The notes: generated from the sequence alone by a model not told the origin. Shown: positions 10,789 through 21,334, counted from the stretch's first letter. The stretch: 64,000 bases of DNA from Minisyncoccota bacterium (GCA_021734905.1 JAIPIB010000004.1:6743-70742), one strand, 5' to 3'. Program-made: numbers and translations.

Positions 10789-11208
10789 TTAATCAGCAGT
10801 AGGATTTTCGAGTTTATGAGCAAGGGCCGTCAATGTGCGTTTTTGAGAAGGAAGAGAAGCTTCTTCCGAAGGAAGTTGAGGTGAAGATTTTGATGAGATA
10901 GTTTGCTCTTGCTCTTTCCTCCAAAAATACAACTTACTCTTGGTTGTATAATTGATAAAAGATTCTAAAAATATTGAGAAGGGTCGGTTGTTTATGCGAT
11001 GGAATGCAAGCGACGCAGAAAGAACTCCAAGTGGTACGCCGAACATAACAAAAAATATAAACGGAAGACTAATATAGAGCACAATAAGAGTTCCAGCACC
11101 GCCAGCGAGATAAATGAACTGACGCCATGTGAGGGGGCCAATGATTTTATCCTCGATCTCTATAAATTGTGGAACTTCAAATCGCATAGGTTTATTGTAC
11201 ATCATCAC
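10789..11208 (-). CDS. PrgI-family (VirB3-like) membrane protein
   Basis: FEVPQFIEIEDKIIGPLTWRQFIYL plus two TM helices. Confidence 0.85.
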   Translation of the reverse strand: MMMYNKPMRFEVPQFIEIEDKIIGPLTWRQFIYLAGGAGTLIVLYISLPFIFFVMFGVPLGVLSASLAFHRINNRPFSIFLESFINYTTKSKLYFWRKEQEQTISSKSSPQLPSEEASLPSQKRTLTALAHKLENPTAD

Positions 11209-11240
11209 GGCACCCAGTCATGATGGATGTCTGGATTAAT

Positions 11241-11831
11241 TTATGAACTCTTCTCTTCAGTATCGTGAGTGGCGGCGCTTGTATTTTCCGTTTTAGTATC
11301 AGTGCCCTTGATTTGCTTAGAGTCACTTGCCATTGTCCGATTTGGTGCTAGAGCTTTAAGTACTTCTTCTCGGGTAAGGGGTTTTGGACCCACTCCCCCA
11401 CCACCGATTGGGGAACTTTCCCCTTTTGGCCAATGCTCAGTATGCCCACCATTCCCTTCCGTCACATCTGGAAGTGAAGTATTTTCCTCAAGTTCCTTCT
11501 TCCAGAGATATTCAAATGCTTGGAGGTCGTCAATGACTGGAGAAAGGACCAATGTTTCTATAAGTGTCGCAAGGTGCTCACTTGTTTCAAGTGAGAGAGA
11601 GGTGCTTTCTTGGATATGTTGAGTAAGCTCAAAAAGAGGAGAATAGAAAGTGAGGACAAGCATCACCTCGTTTTCTATTGACTCGTAGAGTGCCACATCC
11701 ACACTTTCAAATTCAAGGATATCGAGGAGCTCTTTTTTAAAAGATTGTGCAGAGACAATGGCATTACACTGTGGGTACTCAAGAAGACGTTTCTTGAGGA
11801 GGATTTCAGCTTCTTGGCGTGTTATTTCCAT
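11241..11831 (-). CDS. Hypothetical protein
   Basis: 196-aa ORF tightly packed in the operon. Confidence 0.6.
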   Translation of the reverse strand: MEITRQEAEILLKKRLLEYPQCNAIVSAQSFKKELLDILEFESVDVALYESIENEVMLVLTFYSPLFELTQHIQESTSLSLETSEHLATLIETLVLSPVIDDLQAFEYLWKKELEENTSLPDVTEGNGGHTEHWPKGESSPIGGGGVGPKPLTREEVLKALAPNRTMASDSKQIKGTDTKTENTSAATHDTEEKSS

Positions 11832-11836
11832 AATGT

Positions 11837-13930
11837 TTAACTTTTATTTTTAAGCGCATCAACAAGGGCATCATTTCGAGCGTCTTCCTTTGTCTTCTTG
11901 ATCAGCTTGTTAAAAGCCTTTCGTATTGCTTTTCCAGCCGCGTGTTCATGAGACAGAAGACGCCCAACTGGCCATGTGGATAGGAAGTTGCTTTTTTCAA
12001 GAACCGCTGCGTATCCTTCAATACCTTGTGAGGAAATTTCTCGTTTGAGGTTAGTCGCCTGCTTTTCCATTGTCTCTATAAGACCACGGGCTAGCTTACG
12101 TTCTTCAGCATTAGTAATTTTCTTGAAATCATCCCATGATTTCTTAATGTCAGCTCGCAATTCCTTATACTTGTTCTTCATCTCGTCCGTTTTGCCAAAA
12201 TTGGTACTACCAAGGACGCGACGTTGCTTTTCTTGTTCATATTTCTGTTTGTTTTCTTTGATTGTATTTTCGATAGTTCTAATTGCTGTCCTCTGCGCTG
12301 CTCGTCCCGGGTCACCCTTAGGAAGGTCGTCAAGTTTTTCTTTAGCCCGCACAAGAGCAGCTTCGCCTGTTGTGACCAAATCCTTATACCGTGCCACAAC
12401 TGGATCCGTATCATCAACCTCACCTAAAGATTTAGCAAATTTCATCTCCTTTTCCTCAACTTCTTTTTTAACGGTTGTGTACCCGCCCTTCCTCCCATCT
12501 CCTATACCAAGTGCCCTTCCGACACCGCCGACATTCCGTGCATCAAATGAAGCGTCTCCTACAGCACGAGTCCCCTTAAGGGCGCGACGCGCCAAAAAGC
12601 CAACAGCACCTCTTTTGCTGGCGGTGTCTTTAAGAGATTCCCTTTCTGATATTTTATGTGCCCCCCATCCAATCGTTGCTCTTCCAGTACGTGCGGCGAG
12701 GCCAGCCGTCGTTGCACCAATCATTTCTTTTGTTTTACCAACCACCATGTCCCCGCCTTTGATTCCCATTTTTTGTGCAAGTTGGAGAGAGAAGATGAGG
12801 AACATGATGACGATAACAAAGTTGAGGATAACGTTGAGGCTTCCACTTCCGGTAAAAGCATTCACAAATGAGTCGCCCGAACTTATGTTAAGTGCCGCCG
12901 TTACTGAGGAAAGGACGGAAATGGAGATAAGGAGAAGGAGTAGGTATGCTGGAGCGAAGAAGGAGTAGCTTATGAGTTTTCCCCAAAGATTACCCGCCTG
13001 CGCTGCTGTTTTTGGAAAAACTGTTGCAGCAAAGAGAATTGGCGAAAAAATCATTATAAGAATGAGTGCAACAAAACGCACAATGAGAAGAACACCTCCT
13101 GCGGCAAGAACAAAGCCAGCTACGACAAGCATTATTGATGCCATGACATAGAACCAGAGACTGTTGTCAGACGTTAATCTATTGAGAACTTCGGGATTTT
13201 TTGGTTGTGTATAAAAAGTAGTGATTCCAAGCTGTTGGGCAAATTTTGAAGAAATGTCGCTGTCTCTTGTGTCAGAAATTATCGACGTATAAATTTGCGA
13301 TGCGGTGAGATTTGAGAAATCGATGACAACTTTTGTAAAGAAGAGACTGAAGTTAATAAGAAGCGCGCCAATAATAATTTTTGAAAGGATAGATTTAAAT
13401 GAAGAATTTCCAGGGTCAAGGATCGTCCGAATTCCGAGAAAAATGAATCCAAAAATGAAGGCGAGATTTGCAATATCACGGATAAGTTTCCATATATTGT
13501 TTACAGTCTCGCCAAGGGGCGATTTTGTCATTTTGTCACCCATTTTGAAGACCAGTTCTTCAACAGCTGTTTCAAGGATATTCCCACCGAGCCAAGTAAC
13601 CATCGCGGCTGTGGAGAGTATAGCAAGACCGAATTTTGCTTCCCATGAGGTAGAGGGAGCATTTCCTTCAGCCTTCGGAGCCGATGGCTTTGCCTTAGTA
13701 GCAGCGGGTGCAGCAGCAGCATTTCTTTTTGCAGCATCGGCAGTTACTTCAGTAGGATCCATATCTGCAATTTGTGCAGAGACGCGAGATGTTTGTAGAG
13801 AGATTGCCTGAGTGGAATTATTTGATGCAACTGCGAAAAGAGAGACAGACACTGGAGCAAAAATAATACAAAATACCAAAAACCCTGGAAGGATTTTTTT
13901 GAGTATCATGTTGTTTGTATTTTTTGTCAT
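11837..13930 (-). CDS. TrbL/VirB6-like polytopic membrane protein with coiled-coil tail
   Basis: W..IRD.AN..FIF, ALLINFS.F.TK..ID, R...L......SP; multiple TM helices. Confidence 0.75.
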   Translation of the reverse strand: MTKNTNNMILKKILPGFLVFCIIFAPVSVSLFAVASNNSTQAISLQTSRVSAQIADMDPTEVTADAAKRNAAAAPAATKAKPSAPKAEGNAPSTSWEAKFGLAILSTAAMVTWLGGNILETAVEELVFKMGDKMTKSPLGETVNNIWKLIRDIANLAFIFGFIFLGIRTILDPGNSSFKSILSKIIIGALLINFSLFFTKVVIDFSNLTASQIYTSIISDTRDSDISSKFAQQLGITTFYTQPKNPEVLNRLTSDNSLWFYVMASIMLVVAGFVLAAGGVLLIVRFVALILIMIFSPILFAATVFPKTAAQAGNLWGKLISYSFFAPAYLLLLLISISVLSSVTAALNISSGDSFVNAFTGSGSLNVILNFVIVIMFLIFSLQLAQKMGIKGGDMVVGKTKEMIGATTAGLAARTGRATIGWGAHKISERESLKDTASKRGAVGFLARRALKGTRAVGDASFDARNVGGVGRALGIGDGRKGGYTTVKKEVEEKEMKFAKSLGEVDDTDPVVARYKDLVTTGEAALVRAKEKLDDLPKGDPGRAAQRTAIRTIENTIKENKQKYEQEKQRRVLGSTNFGKTDEMKNKYKELRADIKKSWDDFKKITNAEERKLARGLIETMEKQATNLKREISSQGIEGYAAVLEKSNFLSTWPVGRLLSHEHAAGKAIRKAFNKLIKKTKEDARNDALVDALKNKS

Positions 13931-13945
13931 GTGTTTGTAGTGGCT

Positions 13946-15391
13946 CTAGAAGTCTACTTTGCGACAAGCAACGTCAACGGAATTCGTGAAAGTTTGAATT
14001 TGTGTACCAATGTCAGGAATAGTGATTCGTTCGAGACGAACGGTATCGGCAGCAGAATGTATTTGTCCTGCAGTTCTGTAGGAGTTGAAAATGTTAATTA
14101 AATTAAGCTCAGCTTCGGGGATGTTCGTTCCATGGTATTTCGTAAGTAGGCCTGAGGTAATAGATGCAGATGTTGCACTATTTCTGAGAAGATTGTAATC
14201 GTCACGAAGCGTCGTTAGTTTTGCTATGCGAATCGTTGTTGTTGCTGCTTCATTTTGGGCACCTGACTGGATTGAACTTAATGATGAAGACAGTGCACCA
14301 GAATGACATTTCGCTTCTTCCCCATACATACGCACTTTGTAGCCACGAGCATTATTTAAGGTACTGATGATCTGGTTTTGGAGTGCGAGATACTTCGTCT
14401 CGTCAATAATTGGCGTAGCAAAGACATCCTCAGGAGCAGTAGCTGCACTCCGTGGAATAGCCTCAGCAGACATTCGATCAAAGTAATTACCAGAGCCATT
14501 TTGGGAGTTGGTAAGTCCAAGGAGCCCTCCAGCTCCTGAGAGAACTGTTCCTGCAAGTTGAGAGAAGAGTGCTCCAACAAGTTCGTTCATTTCGTCTGCG
14601 ACTTCAAGTCTCCGTCCGGGGCTTCCAATAGCATCGTTGAGGGTGTTTTGAATAATATTTCCTGGGGTGGTAATGTTCCCTTTTTCATCTTTGAAAGAGA
14701 GGAATCCTTGGCCAAAATCAAGAAGCTTTACCTCGCGACCTTGGGCATTACGAATGCTGAGAGCTAGCGCGGTCTGTGCCTCAAGTACAGCACCATACGG
14801 ATTGTTTTGTGGAGTGAGTGTCATACTTCGCCATCCATCCCATCCTCCAGCAGCAAAGTCACCATTAACAAAAGCGTCGACATTTTTGACGACATCACTA
14901 AGTCGACATTGGGTAGTGTAAGTTCGACTCTTTCTATATTGAAGATCAACGGCAAATTGAACATTGAGCTTAAAGGGCGAACAGAGTCCTGCAAGATTTG
15001 ATCCATAGATGAAATCTCCTGCAATTTTGTCTGCTATATCAGTAAGGAATCCCTCAAGATCAGTTATGAACGCAGGACTTCCCTTGAAACCAGAATTCAC
15101 CCACTGTGTTGTGCTCCGTATCATTTCTTTAAGCATGATATTGATTAGCGCCCATGCAATCATGTCAAATGTAAACTCTTTAAGTACGATAGCGTCAGTA
15201 GCTTGGCTTGTAAGTTTAAGTATTGTTTGTCCAACAACAGTTTCTACAATGTGCGCTGGGTCAATAACGACTTCCCAGGCCTCAACTTTATTAAGTGAAA
15301 ACGTCTGAGAAACCGGAGAAAAAACAAAACTACAGACGAGAAGTAGTGTCGTGCATGAAAAGAATAATTTTTTATACGGAATTTTTTTCAT
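13946..15391 (-). CDS. Secreted protein of the T4SS-like cluster (possibly VirB5/TrbJ-like)
   Basis: Signal peptide ending VEA, then V.DP motif; WVNSGF.GSPAF; helical C-terminus. Confidence 0.5.
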   Translation of the reverse strand: MKKIPYKKLFFSCTTLLLVCSFVFSPVSQTFSLNKVEAWEVVIDPAHIVETVVGQTILKLTSQATDAIVLKEFTFDMIAWALINIMLKEMIRSTTQWVNSGFKGSPAFITDLEGFLTDIADKIAGDFIYGSNLAGLCSPFKLNVQFAVDLQYRKSRTYTTQCRLSDVVKNVDAFVNGDFAAGGWDGWRSMTLTPQNNPYGAVLEAQTALALSIRNAQGREVKLLDFGQGFLSFKDEKGNITTPGNIIQNTLNDAIGSPGRRLEVADEMNELVGALFSQLAGTVLSGAGGLLGLTNSQNGSGNYFDRMSAEAIPRSAATAPEDVFATPIIDETKYLALQNQIISTLNNARGYKVRMYGEEAKCHSGALSSSLSSIQSGAQNEAATTTIRIAKLTTLRDDYNLLRNSATSASITSGLLTKYHGTNIPEAELNLINIFNSYRTAGQIHSAADTVRLERITIPDIGTQIQTFTNSVDVACRKVDF

Positions 15392-16275
15392 GGTGTGTCA
15401 AAAAGGTAAAAAGCTGCCCCCGGCTCGTCATTCGTATAAGCAACCCCCTGCGCGGTGAGAGCGGAGCCAATTGTTTGAAGGGCAAAGAAAAGTGACTGTG
15501 TATCATCTTCATAACCACGTACACGCGCCAATGAATAGAGTGGGTCAGTAAACGAAACTTGCATTGCACCGATGTCGGTTAGGATTGATTCATATGCATT
15601 CACGAGATCGAGATGCATGAGTGCAAGACTTACAGGTACCTGCATCGCAAGTGTGTCCCTAATAATGTTGGTATAAGCTTGATAGATTGGAGTAAGTGCA
15701 TCAAGCTCTCTTGAATCATTTGTTTCAAGTGCCCGCTGGAGTATAAGTGCTTCATTTTCATTATTGATTGAATATCTCAGTATTATCTCAGTGACTTGAT
15801 TACCATAATCTCGAATTGCTTCAGGCGAATCAGGAATAAGTGCGAGCTCAAGTCTTGTGTGTCGCACGCTGAGGGTGTTTTGGTCGATGGCATCAACAGC
15901 TTTTCCAACAAATGCAGAAGGATCACTAAAATCAACACCTTGCATTTTACCCGTCAGGTAATCCTGGAAAAAAGCTTCTGAAAATTTACCGGTAAGTGTT
16001 GTTGGAGATTGGTACTCATCGTCTCCATAAACTGGAATCGTTGAAGATGGGGTGATAATGGTATCAAAAGCCTTTGCCTCAAGAGCTTTTTGCCAATCTT
16101 GGACGCCGTCGCCGTCGCTATCTTTTGCGTCAATAAGAGTACGTGTCGAAGGTGGGGCAGCAACTACTGATCCTTGCAATGAGGCTTCGTTCGAAGTGTT
16201 CCCCACATACAAAGCACTAAGGATTACTACAATCCCTACCGCGAGCGCACCTCCTATACTAATGATGCCTTTCAC
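15388..16275 (-). CDS. Membrane-anchored protein with DxDxDG Ca-binding-like motif
   Basis: N-terminal TM; KDSDGDGVQDW; first gene of the operon (ATGA overlap with the next gene). Confidence 0.6.
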   Translation of the reverse strand: MKGIISIGGALAVGIVVILSALYVGNTSNEASLQGSVVAAPPSTRTLIDAKDSDGDGVQDWQKALEAKAFDTIITPSSTIPVYGDDEYQSPTTLTGKFSEAFFQDYLTGKMQGVDFSDPSAFVGKAVDAIDQNTLSVRHTRLELALIPDSPEAIRDYGNQVTEIILRYSINNENEALILQRALETNDSRELDALTPIYQAYTNIIRDTLAMQVPVSLALMHLDLVNAYESILTDIGAMQVSFTDPLYSLARVRGYEDDTQSLFFALQTIGSALTAQGVAYTNDEPGAAFYLFDTP

Positions 16276-16440
16276 ATGAAATGCTTACTTATAAAGTATA
16301 CCAATTACATACGTAAACTGTTGGTAGTTTATGTATAAACTGTGGTTAACTCACTAAGTTTTTGTGTATTGTGTGTGGAAAAAAATTATCAAAAATAAAG
16401 CCTCTTGGAGGAGAAAGTTGGCAGGTTTTTTTCGGTATAA

Positions 16441-17283
16441 TTATCGTGGTATTTTTGTTTTCTCTAGAATTTTCTTACAGAGATTAATCCAGATAGGCAA
16501 AGCCAGGTCCTCTCCCCTGACCTTCAAAGAAATATTGAGTGTGGAAAAGATGTGAATAAGTGAGCCCCTATCGAGGATTATCAGTAAATTCCCTATAAGT
16601 TGCTTCCTTTTTGACTTAAATCCTTCGTGAAGAATAGCGAAAAAATCTTCTTGGGTAATCCCCTCAAGGCGGTCCTTAGAAATGTCTGAAATAGCGATAA
16701 TCGCTGAGTCAATTTTAGGTTGAGGAGTGAAATTCCCCCTCCCAACCGTTTTTACATACTTTGGCTCACCAAAAACCTTAACAGAAAGAGAAAGGAGGGA
16801 CTCTTTTTTATCTCTCACGATACGCACAGCGACCTCTTTCTGTACTAAAAAAACCAAGGTTGCGGGTTGTATATTGTGTTCTAGAAAAAAACGGAAAAGA
16901 AAACCAGATAGGTAATAGGGGATGTTGGCGATTATCTTGTAGGCGCGAGGCCGAAGGCCGAGCGCTTCCAAATCTACCTCACGAATATCTCTATCCACAA
17001 TAACTAGCTTTTTAGCCGTTATTTCAGCAAAAAATGTTGTGTTAAGGGCCTCTATAGCACGATGATCAGTTTCTATCGCTACCACTTTCGCCCCTCGTTC
17101 AAGGAGCTCTCGAGTGAGAGCTCCTGTTCCCGGTCCGATTTCAAGCACAATATCCGCCTCCATCACCTCGCCTGCATCTGCCATCGCTCGAGGAATCCCT
17201 GCATTATTAAGAAAATTCTGCCCCAATGATTTTTTCGCATCGATTTTAGTTAGATTTTCATGCATAGAGACAAGTATAGGCAC
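16441..17283 (-). CDS. rsmA: 16S rRNA dimethyladenosine transferase
   Basis: AKKSLGQNFL, LEIGPGTG, IANIPYY, VQKEVA, F.PQPKIDSA. Confidence 0.96.
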   Translation of the reverse strand: MPILVSMHENLTKIDAKKSLGQNFLNNAGIPRAMADAGEVMEADIVLEIGPGTGALTRELLERGAKVVAIETDHRAIEALNTTFFAEITAKKLVIVDRDIREVDLEALGLRPRAYKIIANIPYYLSGFLFRFFLEHNIQPATLVFLVQKEVAVRIVRDKKESLLSLSVKVFGEPKYVKTVGRGNFTPQPKIDSAIIAISDISKDRLEGITQEDFFAILHEGFKSKRKQLIGNLLIILDRGSLIHIFSTLNISLKVRGEDLALPIWINLCKKILEKTKIPR

Positions 17284-17340
17284 GCATTCTTAAAAAGCAA
17301 AGGAATTCAATGCTTGTCTTGTCACAAATTGACATGCTAA

Positions 17341-17364
17341 TATATAGCGATTAATCGCTATATA
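17341..17364. promoter_or_regulatory. Perfect 24-bp palindrome overlapping the promoter of the TrpR/YerC-like gene; candidate operator
   Basis: TATATAGCGATT|AATCGCTATATA just downstream of TTGACA (17329). Confidence 0.55.
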
Positions 17365-17374
17365 AGTTTTGCAT

Positions 17375-17782
17375 ATGACTCGCATTTCAAAAGAAACACT
17401 TGATCCAAAAGTGCAGAAGCAACTTTTTTCTCAGTTCAGTGGACTACTCATGGCGAAAAACAAAAAAGCTCTCGGAGAAATACTCAGGTCTTTGTTCACT
17501 GATGCGGAGATAGTTATGCTTACAAAACGTCTAGCAGTTATCTACTTGCTCATTGAAGGATATTCTTCGTATGCAATTTCCAAGCAGCTTCTTGTTAGTG
17601 ATTCTACCGTTAGGAACCTTAAAAGACAGCTTGAAGTAGGAAGATTTGATGCAATGACAGCAAGCCTGAGAAACAAAAAATTTAATAAGGAAGAATTTTG
17701 GAAGACGGTCGACCTCCTTCTTAGAGCAGGATTACCACCACGAGGAAAAGGAAGGTGGAAATGGCTTTATGAGGGTCAGTAA
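17375..17782 (+). CDS. TrpR-like (YerC/YecD family) HTH regulator
   Basis: T.AE..ML.KRL.V...L.EG.S...IS..L.VS.STV; adjacent to pcrA (yerC lies near pcrA in Bacillus). Confidence 0.75.
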   Translation: MTRISKETLDPKVQKQLFSQFSGLLMAKNKKALGEILRSLFTDAEIVMLTKRLAVIYLLIEGYSSYAISKQLLVSDSTVRNLKRQLEVGRFDAMTASLRNKKFNKEEFWKTVDLLLRAGLPPRGKGRWKWLYEGQ

Positions 17783-17847
17783 TGCTGTTTAAAAAAAGCC
17801 CCCACACTATCGCGATAAATCGCGATAGTGTGAGGACTTTTTTAAAC

Positions 17848-19782
17848 CTAGTCAAGGTAAACGGTACGTTCGTATCCTGATTCCGTGGGGTTCTCACTTT
17901 CAATGAGATCGCTTCGAATGTCACTAAGAAATGACGATGGAGAGTTAATGCGCTGACTTCCAAAAATAGTTCGAATGTGTGCATAGGAAAGAAATATTTT
18001 TTTCTTTGCTCGGGTAAGAGCAACATAAAAGAGGCGTCGTTCTTCTTCATTATCAATCCGTTCATCACCAAGTCGTTCATGGGGAAATAGCCCTTCTTCC
18101 AGTCCAGTAATAAACACGTATGGAAATTCGAGTCCTTTAGCAGAGTGAATTGTCATGAGACGGACCGCATCAAACTCTTCTTTCTCTTTGAGTTCATCCT
18201 GATCACTTCCAAGTGCTGCATCCTCAAGGAGGTGTTCAATTGCAACAAGAGGTTCCTCCTCATGGTATTTTGTTCCAAGGGAAACAAGCTCACGAATATT
18301 TTCAAGACGTTCAAGCCCCTCCTCTCCGTCGTGTTTGTAGCCCTCTTCTATGCCAGTATGTCTCATGATAAACGTCAATGTCTCATGCACAGGATGCTCA
18401 CCTGCAAACGTAGCAATTTCCTCAACAAGGCGATTAAAAGAATCAACTTTTTCTCGAGTCTTCGCAGGTAGTTCAGCAGTTCTCCCTTCAACAACTTTGA
18501 GAAGGGTTACTTTTCCGATGCCTCGTGGTGGAGTGTTAATAATGCGAACGAGGTCGTTTGTACTACTTGGGTTGAGTGCATACCGCAAAAAAGAGAGGAT
18601 GTTTTTAATTTCTTTTCTCTCGAAAAATTTTGTTCCAAGCATTTGATAAGGGACGTCGTAGTTGATGAAGGCTTCTTCAAGAGCGCGAGATTGGAAGTTT
18701 GTACGGAAGAGAACCGCAATTTCTGAAGGAGATACGTCATTTTTTACTAAGTCTTTTGCGGTAAGTGCCACATATTCCGCCTCCTCTTGTCCACCCATTG
18801 CCGCGTAGAGAAGAATTTTTTCTCCGACGTGATTGTTTGTAAAAACTTTTTTTGGTGGGCGGTTGAAGTTTTTTTCGATGATGTCATTAGAAGCTTCAAT
18901 GATGGTTTGTGTAGAACGATAATTTTCTTCGAGCATAATAATTTTTGCCTCAGGAAAATGACGCTCAAATTGTAAAATATTTTTTATGTCCGCACCGCGC
19001 CATGAATAAATATTTTGATCGACATCGCCAACGACACAGAGGTTTGCTTTATCGCCTACAATGAGCCGAGCGATCTCATACTGCACACGATTTGTATCTT
19101 GGTACTCATCTATGTGTACATGGGTGTATCGCATCCTATATTTTTCCAAGATCGAAGGATGACTTTTGAGCATGGAGAGCGTCTTCGCAAGAAGATCATC
19201 AAAATCGAGAGCATGTTCTTCTCGTAGAATATCCTCATAGTGTTTCCAGACATCACCTGCAACACGGTCAGGATAGGTCTTTGCATCTCCAGCAAATTCT
19301 GATTGAGGAACCGCATCACCCTTTGCTCGAGAAATGATACTCAGCATTTTTCGAGGTTCAAATTGTTTTGGGTCAAACCCTGCACGAGTGAGGGCTTTTT
19401 TAATGGCGCTCGTCGAGTCACTTCTGTCGTAAATTGTAAATTGTTTTCGAAGTCCAAATACCTCATGGTCTTCACGGAGCATACGAACGCCGAGTGCGTG
19501 GAATGTTGTGACGGTTGGAGACGAGTCAATCCCCGCTCGCATGGTTCCGGTAAAAGTGTGAAGTAAGTGAGTGACCCGTTCACGCATTTCTTTTGCTGCC
19601 TTGTTTGTAAAGGTAACCGCAAGGATCTTCTCAGGAGAAGTTCCTTCAAGAATAAGGTTAATGATACGGTGTGTAATGACACGAGTCTTCCCTGAACCAG
19701 CACCCGCAAGGACAAGTAAAGGGCCGGCCGTTGTTAAGACGGCATTTTTTTGAGCATCGTTTAATCCTTCGAGGTGATTCAT
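17848..19782 (-). CDS. pcrA: UvrD/PcrA DNA helicase
   Basis: LAGAGSGKT, IDEYQDTN, GDVDQNIYSWRGA, ENYRS, MTIHSAKGLEF, EERRLFYVALTRA. Confidence 0.96.
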   Translation of the reverse strand: MNHLEGLNDAQKNAVLTTAGPLLVLAGAGSGKTRVITHRIINLILEGTSPEKILAVTFTNKAAKEMRERVTHLLHTFTGTMRAGIDSSPTVTTFHALGVRMLREDHEVFGLRKQFTIYDRSDSTSAIKKALTRAGFDPKQFEPRKMLSIISRAKGDAVPQSEFAGDAKTYPDRVAGDVWKHYEDILREEHALDFDDLLAKTLSMLKSHPSILEKYRMRYTHVHIDEYQDTNRVQYEIARLIVGDKANLCVVGDVDQNIYSWRGADIKNILQFERHFPEAKIIMLEENYRSTQTIIEASNDIIEKNFNRPPKKVFTNNHVGEKILLYAAMGGQEEAEYVALTAKDLVKNDVSPSEIAVLFRTNFQSRALEEAFINYDVPYQMLGTKFFERKEIKNILSFLRYALNPSSTNDLVRIINTPPRGIGKVTLLKVVEGRTAELPAKTREKVDSFNRLVEEIATFAGEHPVHETLTFIMRHTGIEEGYKHDGEEGLERLENIRELVSLGTKYHEEEPLVAIEHLLEDAALGSDQDELKEKEEFDAVRLMTIHSAKGLEFPYVFITGLEEGLFPHERLGDERIDNEEERRLFYVALTRAKKKIFLSYAHIRTIFGSQRINSPSSFLSDIRSDLIESENPTESGYERTVYLD

Positions 19783-20100
19783 GAGTAATTTTTAGTTTCT
19801 CGGGATCAACTATAGCACAGGAGACAGACCGACTCTTTTTAAGAAGAGAAATAACATGAAAATATTACACAACAAATTTTTACATTCACAAATAGCCTAA
19901 ATATGGCTGGCTGCATGAGTGAAATGACCCTTTTTATCTGACTGTGGACAATGTGATTTGGCAAGGTTGCCCCATTTTTTCACTCAGATATCATAGTAGT
20001 GTGCTCGTGTAAGGCACCAATGGAGCGTTTCAAGAACCGCTTTTTTTGTTTCAGAAAATACCGTAATGGTTGTGTGGCGGAGAGTCCATAAAATACGCAT

Positions 20101-21189
20101 ATTAAACAAAACTCACACGAATCTCGTTCCCTACTTCATCGCAAGAATGAGGAACAGAGGATATATAGACCTTCCCAATGGCTTGTTATAGAGCTTGTAG
20201 TTTTTTGTATTGTCATCGTTCTTCCTCTTTCTGTTCATGCCGGGGTTTTCTCGCTCTTTTTTGATACAGCCTCAGCAGTTTCAAAAGAAGAAGTGGTCTA
20301 TGACTACGATACAAATGCACAGATGGTTCCCCTTCTCAAGGCTGCCCTCCATACTGATCCTAATCCAGCGAAGGGTGGAGGTGATATTATTGTTGCAGAT
20401 GGAGCACTTGTACCAAGTGGAGACAGTAATGGAAAAACAGATTTAGTTAACACGAAAACCAGTAATGGAGAAATAAGTGTATATATAGTAAGAGAAGGAG
20501 ATACTCTTTCACAAATCGCACAGATGTATGACGTAAGTTCTAAGACTGTCCTTTGGGCAAATAATATTTCAAACCCGAGTAAAATTCGTCCAGGTGACGC
20601 ACTCGTTATCCTTCCAATTACAGGAATCCGCCATGTTGTTAAAAGTGGTGACTCACTTGAATCAATCGCCAAGAAATACGAAGGTGATGTTGAAGATATT
20701 ATGGAGTACAATCAACTTGCATCAACAGAAAGTATTCATATCGGAGACACGATTGTGATCCCTGATGGAATGATGAGTGTCCCTCCACCAGTAAGGAAAT
20801 CTTCAGCATCAAAAACGAGTGGAGGCACTGCCACTGGCGGAGCATCATCATTCAGTAAGCCAATACCGGGAGCTATCCGTACACAGGGAATTCATGGGTA
20901 TAATGGCGTCGATTTAGCAGGAGTTCCCGCAGGGACAGCCGTTCTTGCTGCACTCAGTGGTGAAGTTATTGTTGCAAAAGGCTCTGGATGGAATGGTGGT
21001 TACGGTTCATATGTTGTTATCAAACACGCCAATGGAACACAGACACTTTACGGGCACCTTGCAAAAGTGTACGTTTCTACTGGACAAAAGGTTTCGACGG
21101 GAGTACCGATTGGAAGTATGGGTAATTCAGGAAGATCAACGGGACCACATCTCCACTTCGAGGTTCGTGGTGCCAGAAACCCATTTTAG
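20101..21189 (+). CDS. LysM + M23 metallopeptidase (start uncertain)
   Basis: Two LysM repeats; HGYNGVD and STGPHLHFE M23 motifs. The frame is open back to 20092 and contains a signal peptide upstream of the track's GTG at 20293. Confidence 0.85.
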   Translation: MKQNSHESRSLLHRKNEEQRIYRPSQWLVIELVVFCIVIVLPLSVHAGVFSLFFDTASAVSKEEVVYDYDTNAQMVPLLKAALHTDPNPAKGGGDIIVADGALVPSGDSNGKTDLVNTKTSNGEISVYIVREGDTLSQIAQMYDVSSKTVLWANNISNPSKIRPGDALVILPITGIRHVVKSGDSLESIAKKYEGDVEDIMEYNQLASTESIHIGDTIVIPDGMMSVPPPVRKSSASKTSGGTATGGASSFSKPIPGAIRTQGIHGYNGVDLAGVPAGTAVLAALSGEVIVAKGSGWNGGYGSYVVIKHANGTQTLYGHLAKVYVSTGQKVSTGVPIGSMGNSGRSTGPHLHFEVRGARNPF

Positions 21190-21334
21190 GCGTCGCGCTT
21201 TGTCGATTACTCAAAAAAGCTACTTCAATGTACATGTGTACACCTCGTAGCTTTTTTTGTCTGTCTCCTCACGCTATACTCTAAAATTGGTTTCTGAAAC
21301 CCACAATCCTTTCTAGTGTAACGGATACTATTGT

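Noticed and set aside
11976-12968. 330-aa plus-strand ORF, and similar long antisense ORFs (30689-31495, 38328-38954)
   Set aside because: Shadow frames opposite well-supported genes, with no recognisable motifs.
16310-16440. Second origin suggested by DnaA-box-like words (TGTGGTTAA, TGTGGAAAA)
   Set aside because: Few, degenerate boxes, and similar words occur in several intergenic regions of this window; the dnaA-flanking region is the better candidate.
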